A stretch of DNA of 64,000 nucleotides from the NCBI GenBank assembly GCA_965199825.1, contig OZ241329.1, positions 1,216,001 through 1,280,000 of the forward strand, given 5' to 3'. A program made the translations under genes and the position numbers. Each line of letters starts with the position of its first letter. The first letter of the stretch is position 1. This DNA comes from Bdellovibrionales bacterium. Lineage in GTDB: Bacteria > Bdellovibrionota > Bdellovibrionia > Bdellovibrionales > UBA1609. Under the pieces are notes generated by a model that saw only the letters and a list, made by a program, of their open reading frames with translations, was not told the origin of the DNA and ran no database searches. Shown one piece after another: positions 1 through 10,040 of the stretch.

Positions 1-23
1 GAGCAAAAGTAGGTTTCTTAACA

Positions 24-875
24 ATGAGCATAGTATTGCTTCCGTATAGTTTACTGCTGATGTCGATTTTGGTCGGCTACGTGTCGACGGCTAGAAATTC
101 GCTTGGTGTATTTACTTTGGCCATCGTAGCCGGCCTTTACTCTGATTGTTTGTCATGGATAAGCGTTCCAAGTGTCATCTGTCTCGGGACCCTTCTTTGG
201 GCACCGGAGGGGTTGCGGCTTGGCAAAATACAAAGATTAATTTGTTATGCACTGTTTCTGATTCTTGCCATTGCCATGTCGATTCATTTGCTCCCTGGAT
301 TCAATAATTTATTGATTTACAAACAAATTCAGTTTGCTGACGACTCAATTCCTTTTAATATGTATCTCAACTTCGATAAGACATCAGTGGGTTTATTTAT
401 AGCACTGTTTTTCACAAGAACTGCTTTCAGCGAATTGAATGCCGAATCAATTAAGACTGCATTGGTTTTTCTAATGGTTCTAGTTGGCATAATATTGCCT
501 ATTGCAGTGTGCATTCATTATGTTCGACTCGACCTTAAATTCCCAACCCTGGGATGGCTTTGGATTATAAATAATTTATTTTTTGTATGCTTAGCCGAAG
601 AGGGTTTTTTCCGTGGGTTTATTCAAAGTGGGCTTGAAAGAATTCTGCCAAAAACTAAAACCTATTCTGGAATCGCAATTTTGATCTCAGCAGCGTGTTT
701 CGGCCTTGCACATTACAAGGGCGGATTGGCTTACGTAGGTTTTGCTGGAATTTCCAGTTTGTTTTACGGATATGTGTTCCAAATGACTAAGCGCTTGGAG
801 GCTCCAATTGTCGTACACTTTGGGTTGAATCTGATTCATTTTCTTATGTTTAGCTATCCAGCGATAATCAAATAA
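24..875 (+). CDS. CPBP/Abi (CAAX type II) family intramembrane glutamic endopeptidase
   Basis: Multi-TM protein with the motifs EEGFFRG, FGLAHY and HFGLN. Confidence 0.85.
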   Translation: MSIVLLPYSLLLMSILVGYVSTARNSLGVFTLAIVAGLYSDCLSWISVPSVICLGTLLWAPEGLRLGKIQRLICYALFLILAIAMSIHLLPGFNNLLIYKQIQFADDSIPFNMYLNFDKTSVGLFIALFFTRTAFSELNAESIKTALVFLMVLVGIILPIAVCIHYVRLDLKFPTLGWLWIINNLFFVCLAEEGFFRGFIQSGLERILPKTKTYSGIAILISAACFGLAHYKGGLAYVGFAGISSLFYGYVFQMTKRLEAPIVVHFGLNLIHFLMFSYPAIIK

Positions 876-1175
876 AAATTGGTTAATTTAGAGCACCTTA
901 GGTTTGCTCACATGCCTTATTACCTTGCTCAAGAAGGCTCTCTGATTGAACGGATTTAAACTCTGAAGCGAATAGGTTATCGACGACTGTTATTGGTCAC
1001 AGAAACACAAATGCCAAGATTTCTTTGGTTGTCAGTGTCTATTCCCGGATTTGAATTTGTCATATTGAATCAATTTATTTGCCCGAATCATTTTAACATC
1101 AAAGCTCCGTTGTTATTTTGCAAACTGGCCAATATAGATTTCAACATCCTCCGCTTCATGCCATTAGACTATAAT

Positions 1176-1895
1176 TTAGAGGATCAGCAAAAGATCATGA
1201 TTTAAACCGTAATTTTCACTCCGCACCCTTTTAATAATTTTAAAGGGCACCTTAAAAATTTTAGAAACTCTGCTATTCAGATTGCTAATTCGAACTTGGA
1301 ATGATGGTAAACTGTTTGTATTTGATCTACGGTTATCACCAAAAATTTTGTATGAAAAATATGTGTTGGGCTGTCTTGACATGATTTCGAGGACATTTGA
1401 TTCCCACGCGCTCAATTCTACTGAATCTTCACCATAACGAATAAATCCCGTATCGACATAAAAATGCAGAGGGCCGATCTGCCTCTTTTGGCCTTGTTCA
1501 TCATCCCAAAAATAACCCACGCCGAATTTAGTTTTAAGCATGTTAAAATGAAGATCGCTTTCACGAAATTTTTTACGGATATGTACGATGACCATTTGAA
1601 CATCGCTGTCGCCTGCGCCCTGCGCGCCCCACACAAGTTTCGCGAGTTCATCTTTTGACACAATCTTAGGAGACGATTTGACCAAAAGATTAAGAACATG
1701 AAATTCAGAAGAAGAAAAAATTATTTCTTTAGCTCCCCACGTCGCCGAGCGAACATCCAGGTTGAGCTCTAATCTTTTTTTTGATTTGGCTTCAAGCTCT
1801 GATTCGCAAATAGGCAATGCAAAAACTGGCAAAGTTAAAATCAACAAAGAAATGTGTTTTAGCCATTTAAGATTTTGAGAATAATGCTGTAGCAT
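1176..1895 (-). CDS. Signal-peptide protein with two OmpR/PhoB-type winged-helix (Trans_reg_C) domains and no receiver domain
   Basis: N-terminal hydrophobic segment ending PVFA. EFHVLNLLVKSSPKIVSKDELAKLVWG...VIVHIRKK...KTKFGVGY is a typical wHTH; a second degenerate copy follows (ELSAWESNVL...QVRISNL...IKRVRSENY). Confidence 0.75.
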   Translation of the reverse strand: MLQHYSQNLKWLKHISLLILTLPVFALPICESELEAKSKKRLELNLDVRSATWGAKEIIFSSSEFHVLNLLVKSSPKIVSKDELAKLVWGAQGAGDSDVQMVIVHIRKKFRESDLHFNMLKTKFGVGYFWDDEQGQKRQIGPLHFYVDTGFIRYGEDSVELSAWESNVLEIMSRQPNTYFSYKIFGDNRRSNTNSLPSFQVRISNLNSRVSKIFKVPFKIIKRVRSENYGLNHDLLLIL

Positions 1896-2075
1896 TTCGA
1901 TTCCTTTTTTCTCTAAGCTAAAGGACGAAAAACAAATTTTATTGTGATTCTAAATTTATGAATAAAGGAAGCGGTAAAATAAGCAAAATACGTGATCCAA
2001 AAATTGATGCGTTGCTAAATAAATTTCTATCTCGATTCGAAAGCTATTTTTCTTAAACCAAAATTAAGCATAAAA

Positions 2076-2801
2076 TTAATAACAGTACGTTTCCGTTTCA
2101 AGATTCAGCATGTAGTAGTGACCGTGTTTACTCTTAATAATTTTTTGTGTAAGATTAAAATGAGTATTAAACTTGGTATTTAATTTACTCACTTTTGATC
2201 GAAATGTAATCAAAGCAGCGCGAGAGGATTCGCTGGTTTGTGTGAAAGAGCGGTATGGATGAAAACTTAAAGGCTGACCTGAGAGAGCACTTAAGAAATC
2301 AGCTTCCCATGGACTCAGCTCCAAGATTTTATCTCGACAACGGACAAATCCTCGTTCTCGATAAAGGGTAAAAGGTCCAAATTCTTGTTCTATTTCTTCA
2401 CCTTTACCTTCACCTTGGGCCCAAGAATAACCTCTGCCATATTTATTCTTGATCAAGTTAAATTGAGGATCGATCTCTAAAAATTTTTTTTTAATTCTAA
2501 CTATTACAGTGCGGATATCATCATTTGTTGCGCCACGGGAACCCCAAACCAGTTTCGCGAGTTCATCTCTAGAAACTATTCTTGGTGCATTTCCTGAAAG
2601 AACTAAAAGTGCCCGTAATTGAATTGGTGAAAATGCAATGACTGAAGAACCCCAAATAATGGATTGAGTATTTGGGTCAATACTTAAGTTTTTATCTAGA
2701 TGAGGAAGCAAAGTCGAATCACAGACTGAAGATGCGTGAACTTGAAAAATCAAAATCATATTTAATAAAAGTAGAGATAATCGCAACTTCACCACCCACA
2801 A
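2076..2801 (-). CDS. Paralog of the previous gene: signal peptide plus tandem OmpR-type wHTH domains
   Basis: ILIFQVHA signal-like segment; IVSRDELAKLVWG...IRTVIVRIKKK...KNKYGRGY; second domain LELSPWEADFL...RSKVSKL. Start codon uncertain. Confidence 0.75.
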   Translation of the reverse strand: MWVVKLRLSLLLLNMILIFQVHASSVCDSTLLPHLDKNLSIDPNTQSIIWGSSVIAFSPIQLRALLVLSGNAPRIVSRDELAKLVWGSRGATNDDIRTVIVRIKKKFLEIDPQFNLIKNKYGRGYSWAQGEGKGEEIEQEFGPFTLYRERGFVRCRDKILELSPWEADFLSALSGQPLSFHPYRSFTQTSESSRAALITFRSKVSKLNTKFNTHFNLTQKIIKSKHGHYYMLNLETETYCY

Positions 2802-3021
2802 ATCAGAATGCTAATAAAACAATATATTCTGGTCTTATTTCCCAATATCAAGGTAGCGATAAATTTGACGCATCGTTTTTGTGAACTCCAAAAAACATTG
2901 AAATCTTACATTTCTGGCTTCGAAGATAGGCTACGTGTCGCGATGTTGCAGACCAAAATTCTTGTATCAATATTTATCGATTTGGACCCACAATCGATGG
3001 AATTAAACTTGAGGGGAAAAT

Positions 3022-3702
3022 ATGAAAATGTTGAATACGTCGATCCGAATGGCCTTGGCCTTTTTTTTGTTTGGTTGCGCCACTCCTAATCAGGATAGAA
3101 AACCGGCATCTGCTACAAGCAACTCGATGGAAATTAGAAAAAGAATTCTTCAATTTGATTCGAAATCTATTTACGGCCGATATAATCTTGTAAATAGATA
3201 CTGTTTAAGTTCGCCGATTTATTCACGATCGATCTATGGGAGCGATGTTAATAATTCGAGCAAAGGTGAATCACAACCTCAAACACCAAATGACACGCTT
3301 AAAGATTTGAATCTAACACTTCTAAAAAATGGAAATTTTAAACTGGTGGGTAAGAATACGCATGACGAGGTTTTTACCAATAAGGGACAGTTTGTTGTGA
3401 GCGAAATAGGCCCCACTGAATTTCTCAAAAAAAATGAGTTTGGTGTCATTGCAGATAACGGGTACCAACATTCGATTGTGTTAAACCTAATTAATGTTGA
3501 ATCGAATATGCCGAGTCCATCAAGAACAACTGAAACTGTGGAAATTGATTTGTTGAAATCCACACCAAACGAACTCGTTGTACACCAAAACGCTCAGGCC
3601 TCGAGCATGGGAAAAGTTGTTTTAAGCGAAGGGATTTCAAGTTGTGATTATGGAAAACTGGGTTGGGATTTAGTTACAGTTTTTAGAAAAGTGGGTCACT
3701 GA
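3022..3702 (+). CDS. Hypothetical lipoprotein
   Basis: Lipobox LFGC after a hydrophobic stretch; GAGGGG RBS-like sequence upstream. Confidence 0.65.
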   Translation: MKMLNTSIRMALAFFLFGCATPNQDRKPASATSNSMEIRKRILQFDSKSIYGRYNLVNRYCLSSPIYSRSIYGSDVNNSSKGESQPQTPNDTLKDLNLTLLKNGNFKLVGKNTHDEVFTNKGQFVVSEIGPTEFLKKNEFGVIADNGYQHSIVLNLINVESNMPSPSRTTETVEIDLLKSTPNELVVHQNAQASSMGKVVLSEGISSCDYGKLGWDLVTVFRKVGH

Positions 3703-3854
3703 ACTTTTAAAACACTGCAGATTGGTAGCAGAGATCTCATTGATGTCGAGCACCGTAAGTGCAAGATAAAAATCCTTACATTCTTGTAAGCGCGCGCGGT
3801 TATGTAACTCAGAAATCCGCAGTCATCGATAGCCGCGCTCGAGTTGGCAAAACT

Positions 3855-4064
3855 TTACTTTTTCAAAAGTTGATCAAGGGTCTCGACACCCTCGTTTTTT
3901 AAAACAGTTTCTAGTAAGTCATCGGATGAATATCCTTTCGCAAAACTTTCGCCGTAAGTTTTGCGAAGTGTTCCCACAAGTGTGTCGTCGCACTTATGCC
4001 GAATTTCTCCGTCGTAATCTCGAGCACGATCGTCGAGTCCTTTTTCGAATTGCCGTGATGTCAT
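3855..4064 (-). CDS. Small conserved-type hypothetical protein (GLD.R.RD.DGEIRHK..DTLVGTLRKTYG)
   Basis: AGAGG RBS upstream; resembles a small bacterial family I recognise but cannot name functionally. Confidence 0.6.
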   Translation of the reverse strand: MTSRQFEKGLDDRARDYDGEIRHKCDDTLVGTLRKTYGESFAKGYSSDDLLETVLKNEGVETLDQLLKK

Positions 4065-4276
4065 AAAACCTCTGTTGCTAGCTTGGATTTAAAAAAAATT
4101 TGCATCCGAAGCAATGAGAACGTTGGCATTTTTTTGTTGAGAAATTGTCTTCATTCAGAAATTTCGAAAGAGGGATAATAATTCCACAGCTTTTGAACTT
4201 GAGATCAAGACAACAACAGTTGATGTTGTGACTGCACAAACATGGCGTTGCGAATTTATTCGAAAGCGGTTGAGCG

Positions 4277-4912
4277 ATGAAATTCTTTTTTCTTTTGTTA
4301 AGTCTACCAAGTTGGGCCGCTGCGGATTGCGGATCAAAAAAAATTCCCTATCCAACTCAGGTCGAAGGGTTTTGTGAGCTATTAATTAGTCAGCCTCAAA
4401 ATAATTCTTTATGCTTGAGTAACAGTTTTACGCTGGACTCCACCAAAAGCCAGACGCAAATCATTTCAATAGGGGCTCATCCAGAAGAACTTCAATTTTT
4501 AATGAGTCTTGTTTATCAAGGGCACAAGCTGTCGGATTCGCATATCCGCTATGGCGATCAGTATGTGTTTGTTTTGACTCCGCTCAATGAAACAAAAGGA
4601 CTCACTGCTCCTGTGCGGGTTGATTTTTTTGTTGCGACAGACGGCAGCGTCGAAGCCTCGACCGTGATCAATGACATGCACTTTTCATCTCAGGAGAGTG
4701 AGCTTGAATTCACCTTGCCTATTCATTTGTTTGCTAATCAAAGTATTAAAAAGAATCGGTTTCGAACAATGATCAACCCGGTTTCAAAAATCTTTCGTCG
4801 CAAACAAAAAATAAAAAGCGAAATACAAAAGACATTTGAGCTTCGTATGAATCTTCAGTTTTTAAAACATCACCGTCATGATCTTGCCGTTCAATTCGAC
4901 ATTGAGCCTTGA
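4277..4912 (+). CDS. Secreted hypothetical protein
   Basis: MKFFFLLLSLPSWA signal peptide; 211-aa ORF. Confidence 0.55.
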   Translation: MKFFFLLLSLPSWAAADCGSKKIPYPTQVEGFCELLISQPQNNSLCLSNSFTLDSTKSQTQIISIGAHPEELQFLMSLVYQGHKLSDSHIRYGDQYVFVLTPLNETKGLTAPVRVDFFVATDGSVEASTVINDMHFSSQESELEFTLPIHLFANQSIKKNRFRTMINPVSKIFRRKQKIKSEIQKTFELRMNLQFLKHHRHDLAVQFDIEP

Positions 4913-5376
4913 GAGCATGATCTTAAGGAACAAGTTGGAGAAAAAATGGAGTGGCCAGCGACAAAATCAATCAGACTCTCTAGATTTTAGCTTTCTAATT
5001 CTCCGGTTAAGTAAAGTATTGGGAGATCTAAGAGTGATCAAAGACAAAGGCTCAGCCAAAAATTTGTGTATTTACAATGGCATTGCAAGTAATCAGTGGG
5101 GCTCGATCACGTGTGTAGCCAAGAAAGTTAAATAGAAATAAGTTTGGTCTCTAAAAAACGCTTCGACTTATTCCGGATGGTCTATGCTCAGGCGTTTTGA
5201 TTTATATTTATTAAAATTGCCAATAGAAGATCGGCGGGTTGTTGAGTAACAACCTCTGCCTCCGAATCGTTTCAAATCAATACAAAAAAGTTATCAATTT
5301 TTCTAATAAGGCCTCGTAAGTCATTGAGAATTATTCAACAAATCCGATCAAGGTAGGGACCACGAACAGGAGCAAT

Positions 5377-6663
5377 ATGAAAAAGCCACTTTTCCCTAAC
5401 AACGAGGCCGAGAGACTTGCGGCATTGAATGCCTACGAGATCCTCGATACAGCGCCTGAGATCGCTTACGACGATATCACCGCTGTGGCCTCGGCATTGT
5501 GTGGCACTCAGATCTCGCTGGTCAGTTTGATTGATGGAGAACGACAGTGGTTCAAATCGAAACAGGGAATCGATGCAAGCGAGACACCGCGCGAGATTTC
5601 GTTTTGTGCGCATGCGATACATAGCACCGAGGTCTTTATCGTGCGTGATGCTCTTCAAGATGAACGCTTTGCAGATAACCCGTTGGTCGAAAGTGGACCC
5701 CAAATTCGTTTTTATGCTGGGGCTCCACTTATCACACCTGAAGGCTTTAACGTTGGGACACTTTGTATTGCCGATTCCGAGCCCCGCGATATTTCGCCCG
5801 AGCAAATTCAATCTTTACAAGCTTTGGCGAGACTGGTGGTCTCACAGTTAGAAACCCGCAGACTCAACAAACAATTAGCCACAAACTTTCAAGAGCTGCA
5901 AAAATATTCAAATCACATCGTAAATTATCAAAATCAAATTACCGAATCTGCAAAGATGGCGGCTCTGGGTGAGATGGCCGCTGGTATGGCTCACGAAATC
6001 AATAATCCACTAGCGATTATCAAGGGGACAATGTCGCTGCTTCAGAGAACCGTGAGTGCGGGCATAGGAAGTTTTAAAGATATTGAAATTGACCTTGAAA
6101 AGATTGATTCCACCGTCAATCGCATCGTCAAAATTGTAAATGGTCTTTTGATGTTTTCGCGCAATGCCGAGCGAGATGAAATGATCAAATACAGTGTTCA
6201 GCAAATTGTTCGCGATACATTTTCGATTTGTCAGGAGCAGTTTAAGTTAAACAACGTCAAACTCGAGTTTAATTCCACCGCCGAATCAGTTGTTGAGTGT
6301 CGACCATCTGAAATTTCTCAAATTATCTTAAATCTTTTATCTAATGCGACTGATGCGGTGGCAAAGCTTGATCAAAAATGGGTTGCGGTCAGCATCGAAG
6401 AAAATGCTCAAGGCGTTCGTTTGACAATCAAAGACAGCGGCAAGGGAATTACCAAAGCCATTGCCGAAAAGATGATGCATCCGTTTTTTACCAGCAAGAA
6501 CATCGGCAAGGGCACGGGTCTTGGACTGAGTATCGCCTTAGGCATTGCGCAAAGACATCACGGCACGCTCAGTCTCGACCAAACTTCGGATCATACTGCA
6601 TTTGTTCTTGAACTGCCTTGGACTCAACCGAATGTTATTACCAACGAGAAAAAATCGGCATAA
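5377..6663 (+). CDS. GAF-domain sensor histidine kinase
   Basis: NEAERLAAL..YEILDT GAF start, RFYAGAPL; H-box AHEINNPL, N-box NLLSNA, G boxes DSGKGI and GKGTGLGL; AGGAG RBS. Confidence 0.92.
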   Translation: MKKPLFPNNEAERLAALNAYEILDTAPEIAYDDITAVASALCGTQISLVSLIDGERQWFKSKQGIDASETPREISFCAHAIHSTEVFIVRDALQDERFADNPLVESGPQIRFYAGAPLITPEGFNVGTLCIADSEPRDISPEQIQSLQALARLVVSQLETRRLNKQLATNFQELQKYSNHIVNYQNQITESAKMAALGEMAAGMAHEINNPLAIIKGTMSLLQRTVSAGIGSFKDIEIDLEKIDSTVNRIVKIVNGLLMFSRNAERDEMIKYSVQQIVRDTFSICQEQFKLNNVKLEFNSTAESVVECRPSEISQIILNLLSNATDAVAKLDQKWVAVSIEENAQGVRLTIKDSGKGITKAIAEKMMHPFFTSKNIGKGTGLGLSIALGIAQRHHGTLSLDQTSDHTAFVLELPWTQPNVITNEKKSA

Positions 6664-6674
6664 GATCTGCCGTA

Positions 6675-7550
6675 ATGATTATTGTAGGCGCAGGACTTTG
6701 CGGTCTGACTCTAGCTCGGACGACTAAAAAAAATAAAATTTTGATTCTCGAAAAATCTCGAGGTGTGGGTGGGCGTATGGCCACGCGTCGGGATGAGCTC
6801 AACACGTATGATCACGGCGCACAGTTTTATCGACACTCCGATCATGATCCTTTTTATTGGCATCAGCGCTGGCTCGAAGCGGATGCGGCCGCTTTCTGGT
6901 TTAAAGAAGCAGATTCCTCCTATTATCGCGGCAAACCCGGAATGACCGCACTCGCCAAAAATCTTAGTCAAGATTTGGATATTCGTTTTGAACAAAAAGT
7001 GCTGATGATCAAAACAATCGAGGACCATGTGCACCTGCACTGCGAGTCGGGAGTCGAATATCAAGCAGAGCAAGTTGTCCTGACTTGTCCACTGCCACAG
7101 AGTCTTGAAATTTTGCGCAATTCAAAAATCTCATATCCAGCTGAACTTGATCACATTCGCTACCAAAAAGCGTTGGTGGGTTTATTTGAAGTTTCCAATC
7201 CAATATTAGATCAGCCTTATAAAAAGTTTGGCCAAAACATCTACTCGATCTCTTATCATCCTTCGACCATGGTGGTGGTGATGACAGATCAATTTAGCGA
7301 AGCTCATTATGATTCATCGGATGATCAAGTTCTCCAAAAAATGGTGGAGAGTTTTGAAAAGGAATGTTCGATTCAACTCCAAGTTGTCAAATTCCAGATC
7401 AAGCGCTGGCGGTATTCGCAACCGGCCTCAATGTACAATAAAAAATGTTTAGTCTTGAGTGAGTGTATTGGTTTGGCGGGCGATGCCTTCGGCGGTCCAT
7501 CATTAAAAGGTGCGGTCAGGTCGGCATTGGCGGTGAACGATGTTTTTTAA
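6675..7550 (+). CDS. Renalase-like NAD(P)/FAD-dependent oxidoreductase
   Basis: GAGLCG dinucleotide-binding motif, EKSRGVGGRMATRR, DHGAQF, RWRYSQP, AGDAF; start moved to ATG 6675. Confidence 0.88.
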   Translation: MIIVGAGLCGLTLARTTKKNKILILEKSRGVGGRMATRRDELNTYDHGAQFYRHSDHDPFYWHQRWLEADAAAFWFKEADSSYYRGKPGMTALAKNLSQDLDIRFEQKVLMIKTIEDHVHLHCESGVEYQAEQVVLTCPLPQSLEILRNSKISYPAELDHIRYQKALVGLFEVSNPILDQPYKKFGQNIYSISYHPSTMVVVMTDQFSEAHYDSSDDQVLQKMVESFEKECSIQLQVVKFQIKRWRYSQPASMYNKKCLVLSECIGLAGDAFGGPSLKGAVRSALAVNDVF

Positions 7551-7947
7551 ATTTATTTTTGTGTTCTGTTTTATTTTTGCAAAAGGTGAGGCGATGGAAA
7601 ATAAAAATGTTTTGGGTCAGCCCCTTGAATCTTGTAGTCAAAATCCAAAAACCGGATTTTATCGCAATGGCTCTTGTGAGACCGGACCCACCGACACTGG
7701 CACCCATACGGTGTGTGCGGTGATGACCCAAGAATTTTTGGATTTTACAAAATCAAAGGGCAATGACTTATCCACACCGCAACAGGGCTTTTCGGGCCTT
7801 AAAGCGGGCCAACGTTGGTGTTTGTGTGCAGCGAGGTGGCGTGAGGCATTTGAAGCTGGTAAGGCACCCGGTGTGGTGCTCGCAGCCACCCACCATACAA
7901 CCTTAAAGTTGATTGATTTAGACGCGTTAAAAAAACACGCTCAATAA
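7540..7947 (+). CDS. DUF2237 family protein
   Basis: NVLGQPLESCS..PKTGFYRNGSC, GTHTVCA, GQRWCLCAARW. Confidence 0.85.
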   Translation: MFFKFIFVFCFIFAKGEAMENKNVLGQPLESCSQNPKTGFYRNGSCETGPTDTGTHTVCAVMTQEFLDFTKSKGNDLSTPQQGFSGLKAGQRWCLCAARWREAFEAGKAPGVVLAATHHTTLKLIDLDALKKHAQ

Positions 7948-8222
7948 ACTTCGACGCCCTTCCAAAAGGCAACATAGTTCGAAATATTTTTGGCCGCGTC
8001 TTTAGGCTCAGGATAAAACCAAGCCGCATCGGCATTTTTTTTACCGTCAACGTTGAGGCTATAATAACTTGCCACACCCTTCCAAGAGCAAGTGGTATGC
8101 AGTTGGCTCGGCTCAAAATATTTTTTGTTTAGACTATCCATCGGAAAATAAGCATTGCCTTCGACTTCAATTGTTTGATCGCTCTCGGCAAGCACTGCAC
8201 CATTCCAAATTGCTTTTTTCAT
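7941..8222 (-). CDS. DUF427 family protein
   Basis: KAIWNGAVLAES...VEGNAYFP...CSWKGVASYY...AAWFYPEP; start ATG 8222 abuts the upstream stop. Confidence 0.88.
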   Translation of the reverse strand: MKKAIWNGAVLAESDQTIEVEGNAYFPMDSLNKKYFEPSQLHTTCSWKGVASYYSLNVDGKKNADAAWFYPEPKDAAKNISNYVAFWKGVEVY

Positions 8223-9016
8223 TAGCGGCTCCCAAAGCTTGGCCGAAGGCTGTTGGATTTGGCAATCGCACCACAAATTAAAAATACCATGGCGGTTGCA
8301 ATGATAGGCAGCCAGACCGCACCCGCCATCGCAAGCCCAAGCGGAAGAACAAGATTTGCAAAATAAAATTTGAGCGGAAATGAGTTTTTGATCCAACGCT
8401 CAGGGGTGTGAACTTTTAAATATTCAAAAACACTAAAAATCAGAACGCCGGTAAAAAACCATCCACAAAAATTGGTCAGTGGAATGTTAAGGATTGATAG
8501 CCCTGGATTTTCCCACACCCAAAAAGGTGTCAAATGGCTCATTGCGGGATCGAGAGTAAAATCCCATGTGACTAACAAAACAGCAGCAAGCAGAACTCGA
8601 TAAACCTTGTTTGATCTGTATCCCAAAATCCAATCAGCTAAACAAAAACAAGGCATAGCCATAAAAAACCAACTTAAAGGAATCAGCAGCGGCACACGAT
8701 CCAAAATTTTGTATCCCAACAAACTGGTGTAAGCATATTTGCCAAACGGAATCCCATAAATTGTTCCGGCAAGCTCCATGCTTAAGCTAATTCCAAAAGC
8801 GGCTACAAAAAACTTAAGCCATTTTGAACCAAAACTTTTTTGACATTCAAGAGCCATCACCACGAATGCAATCAAAATCAAAGACTGCGAAAAGAGCGGC
8901 ATCGAGATCGCAAAAAACTGGGGAGCTCCAGGATATTTCGCCAAATTTTCGGGGTGGACCATAAAGGTGGTGTATCCAAGGATCGAGGCTAAACTTAAAA
9001 TTATAATTAAAATCAT
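8222..9016 (-). CDS. CruF/DUF422-type carotenoid biosynthesis (hydratase-like) membrane protein
   Basis: ELAGTIYGIPFGKYAY, VPLLIPLSW, WDFTLDP, IPLTNFCGW. Confidence 0.75.
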   Translation of the reverse strand: MILIIILSLASILGYTTFMVHPENLAKYPGAPQFFAISMPLFSQSLILIAFVVMALECQKSFGSKWLKFFVAAFGISLSMELAGTIYGIPFGKYAYTSLLGYKILDRVPLLIPLSWFFMAMPCFCLADWILGYRSNKVYRVLLAAVLLVTWDFTLDPAMSHLTPFWVWENPGLSILNIPLTNFCGWFFTGVLIFSVFEYLKVHTPERWIKNSFPLKFYFANLVLPLGLAMAGAVWLPIIATAMVFLICGAIAKSNSLRPSFGSR

Positions 9017-9094
9017 GCCCGCTTGTAGCCCAAGGGGTAGGGGGCTTCAATCAAAAAGGGGTCTAAAAGTTTTGATTACCTGGCCCGAGAACTC

Positions 9095-10027
9095 ATGTTA
9101 TTTTTGTCTATGCTTAAATTATTATTTGTACTTACTTCGTGTTTAGCGGCTCCGCGCTTAACCCCGGGACTTAGCCAAATCTCCAGTGAAGCCCGCTTGG
9201 CTTGGATTAAGGCCAATATTCTTGATCTCAAGGATTTATCGGCAAAAGAAAAATCGAATCTTAAAATTTCAAGTGAGATCGTCGAATTTACGGGTGAGAC
9301 AATCAAAGTAAAAATCGAACCTCGTGGAAATGTAGAAAGTCGTTTCTCTTATTTTCCCGATCAAATCCAATCGGTCAATTCTCCAGGCTTAACCGCTATG
9401 GTTGAGTACGAAATAAAATTGGGCGGTGAAGAAGCGCGCATCTTGATTTCACAATTGCTACAGGCTGAAAAGTCTTATCGGTTACGACCAGCGCTCGGTT
9501 TGATTGTCACTCCCTTGGCCAAGCAGGCCTTGATTGATAGGAGGGTTCTGCCTCTGTATTTCAAAGTCTTATCACGTCTAACAGTTGATGATACGAGTTG
9601 GAGATCCTGGGGCGATGGGGAATCAGTGATGGATAAATTCTTTGAAGAAATCTTCAATGATTTTCATGGCAATGTTCTTGATTTTGGTTTGGTGACTGCA
9701 GCTGCCATGACTCCACACTATTCTATCCGTCAATTAAATCTGACGGATGACTTAGTGCTTTTACGTGCTCACCGTTTTCGACAGATCTTAATGGGGGTGC
9801 AATCCTCAGATCGATTCGAGGTTGCAAAAAAAGGTTTGATTGACTCACAGGCGTTGAATGATTTCTTGAGAGAATTCCCAACCGATAAAAGGGTTGCACA
9901 GAATAAAGTTAAAGCAGTTACTCAAATGTGGCGAATCCGAAGATTCTTGCTGAGCAGTCCATTTGTTCATGATGTTCTTGGGGCGACCGTGTGCGCTAAT
10001 TATTTAGGCTCCGTGCCCAAATACTGA
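9095..10027 (+). CDS. Secreted hypothetical protein with C-terminal VCANYL tag
   Basis: Signal peptide LLFVLTSCLA; no domain recognised. Confidence 0.55.
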   Translation: MLFLSMLKLLFVLTSCLAAPRLTPGLSQISSEARLAWIKANILDLKDLSAKEKSNLKISSEIVEFTGETIKVKIEPRGNVESRFSYFPDQIQSVNSPGLTAMVEYEIKLGGEEARILISQLLQAEKSYRLRPALGLIVTPLAKQALIDRRVLPLYFKVLSRLTVDDTSWRSWGDGESVMDKFFEEIFNDFHGNVLDFGLVTAAAMTPHYSIRQLNLTDDLVLLRAHRFRQILMGVQSSDRFEVAKKGLIDSQALNDFLREFPTDKRVAQNKVKAVTQMWRIRRFLLSSPFVHDVLGATVCANYLGSVPKY

Positions 10028-10040
10028 TAGCGTTATTAAA

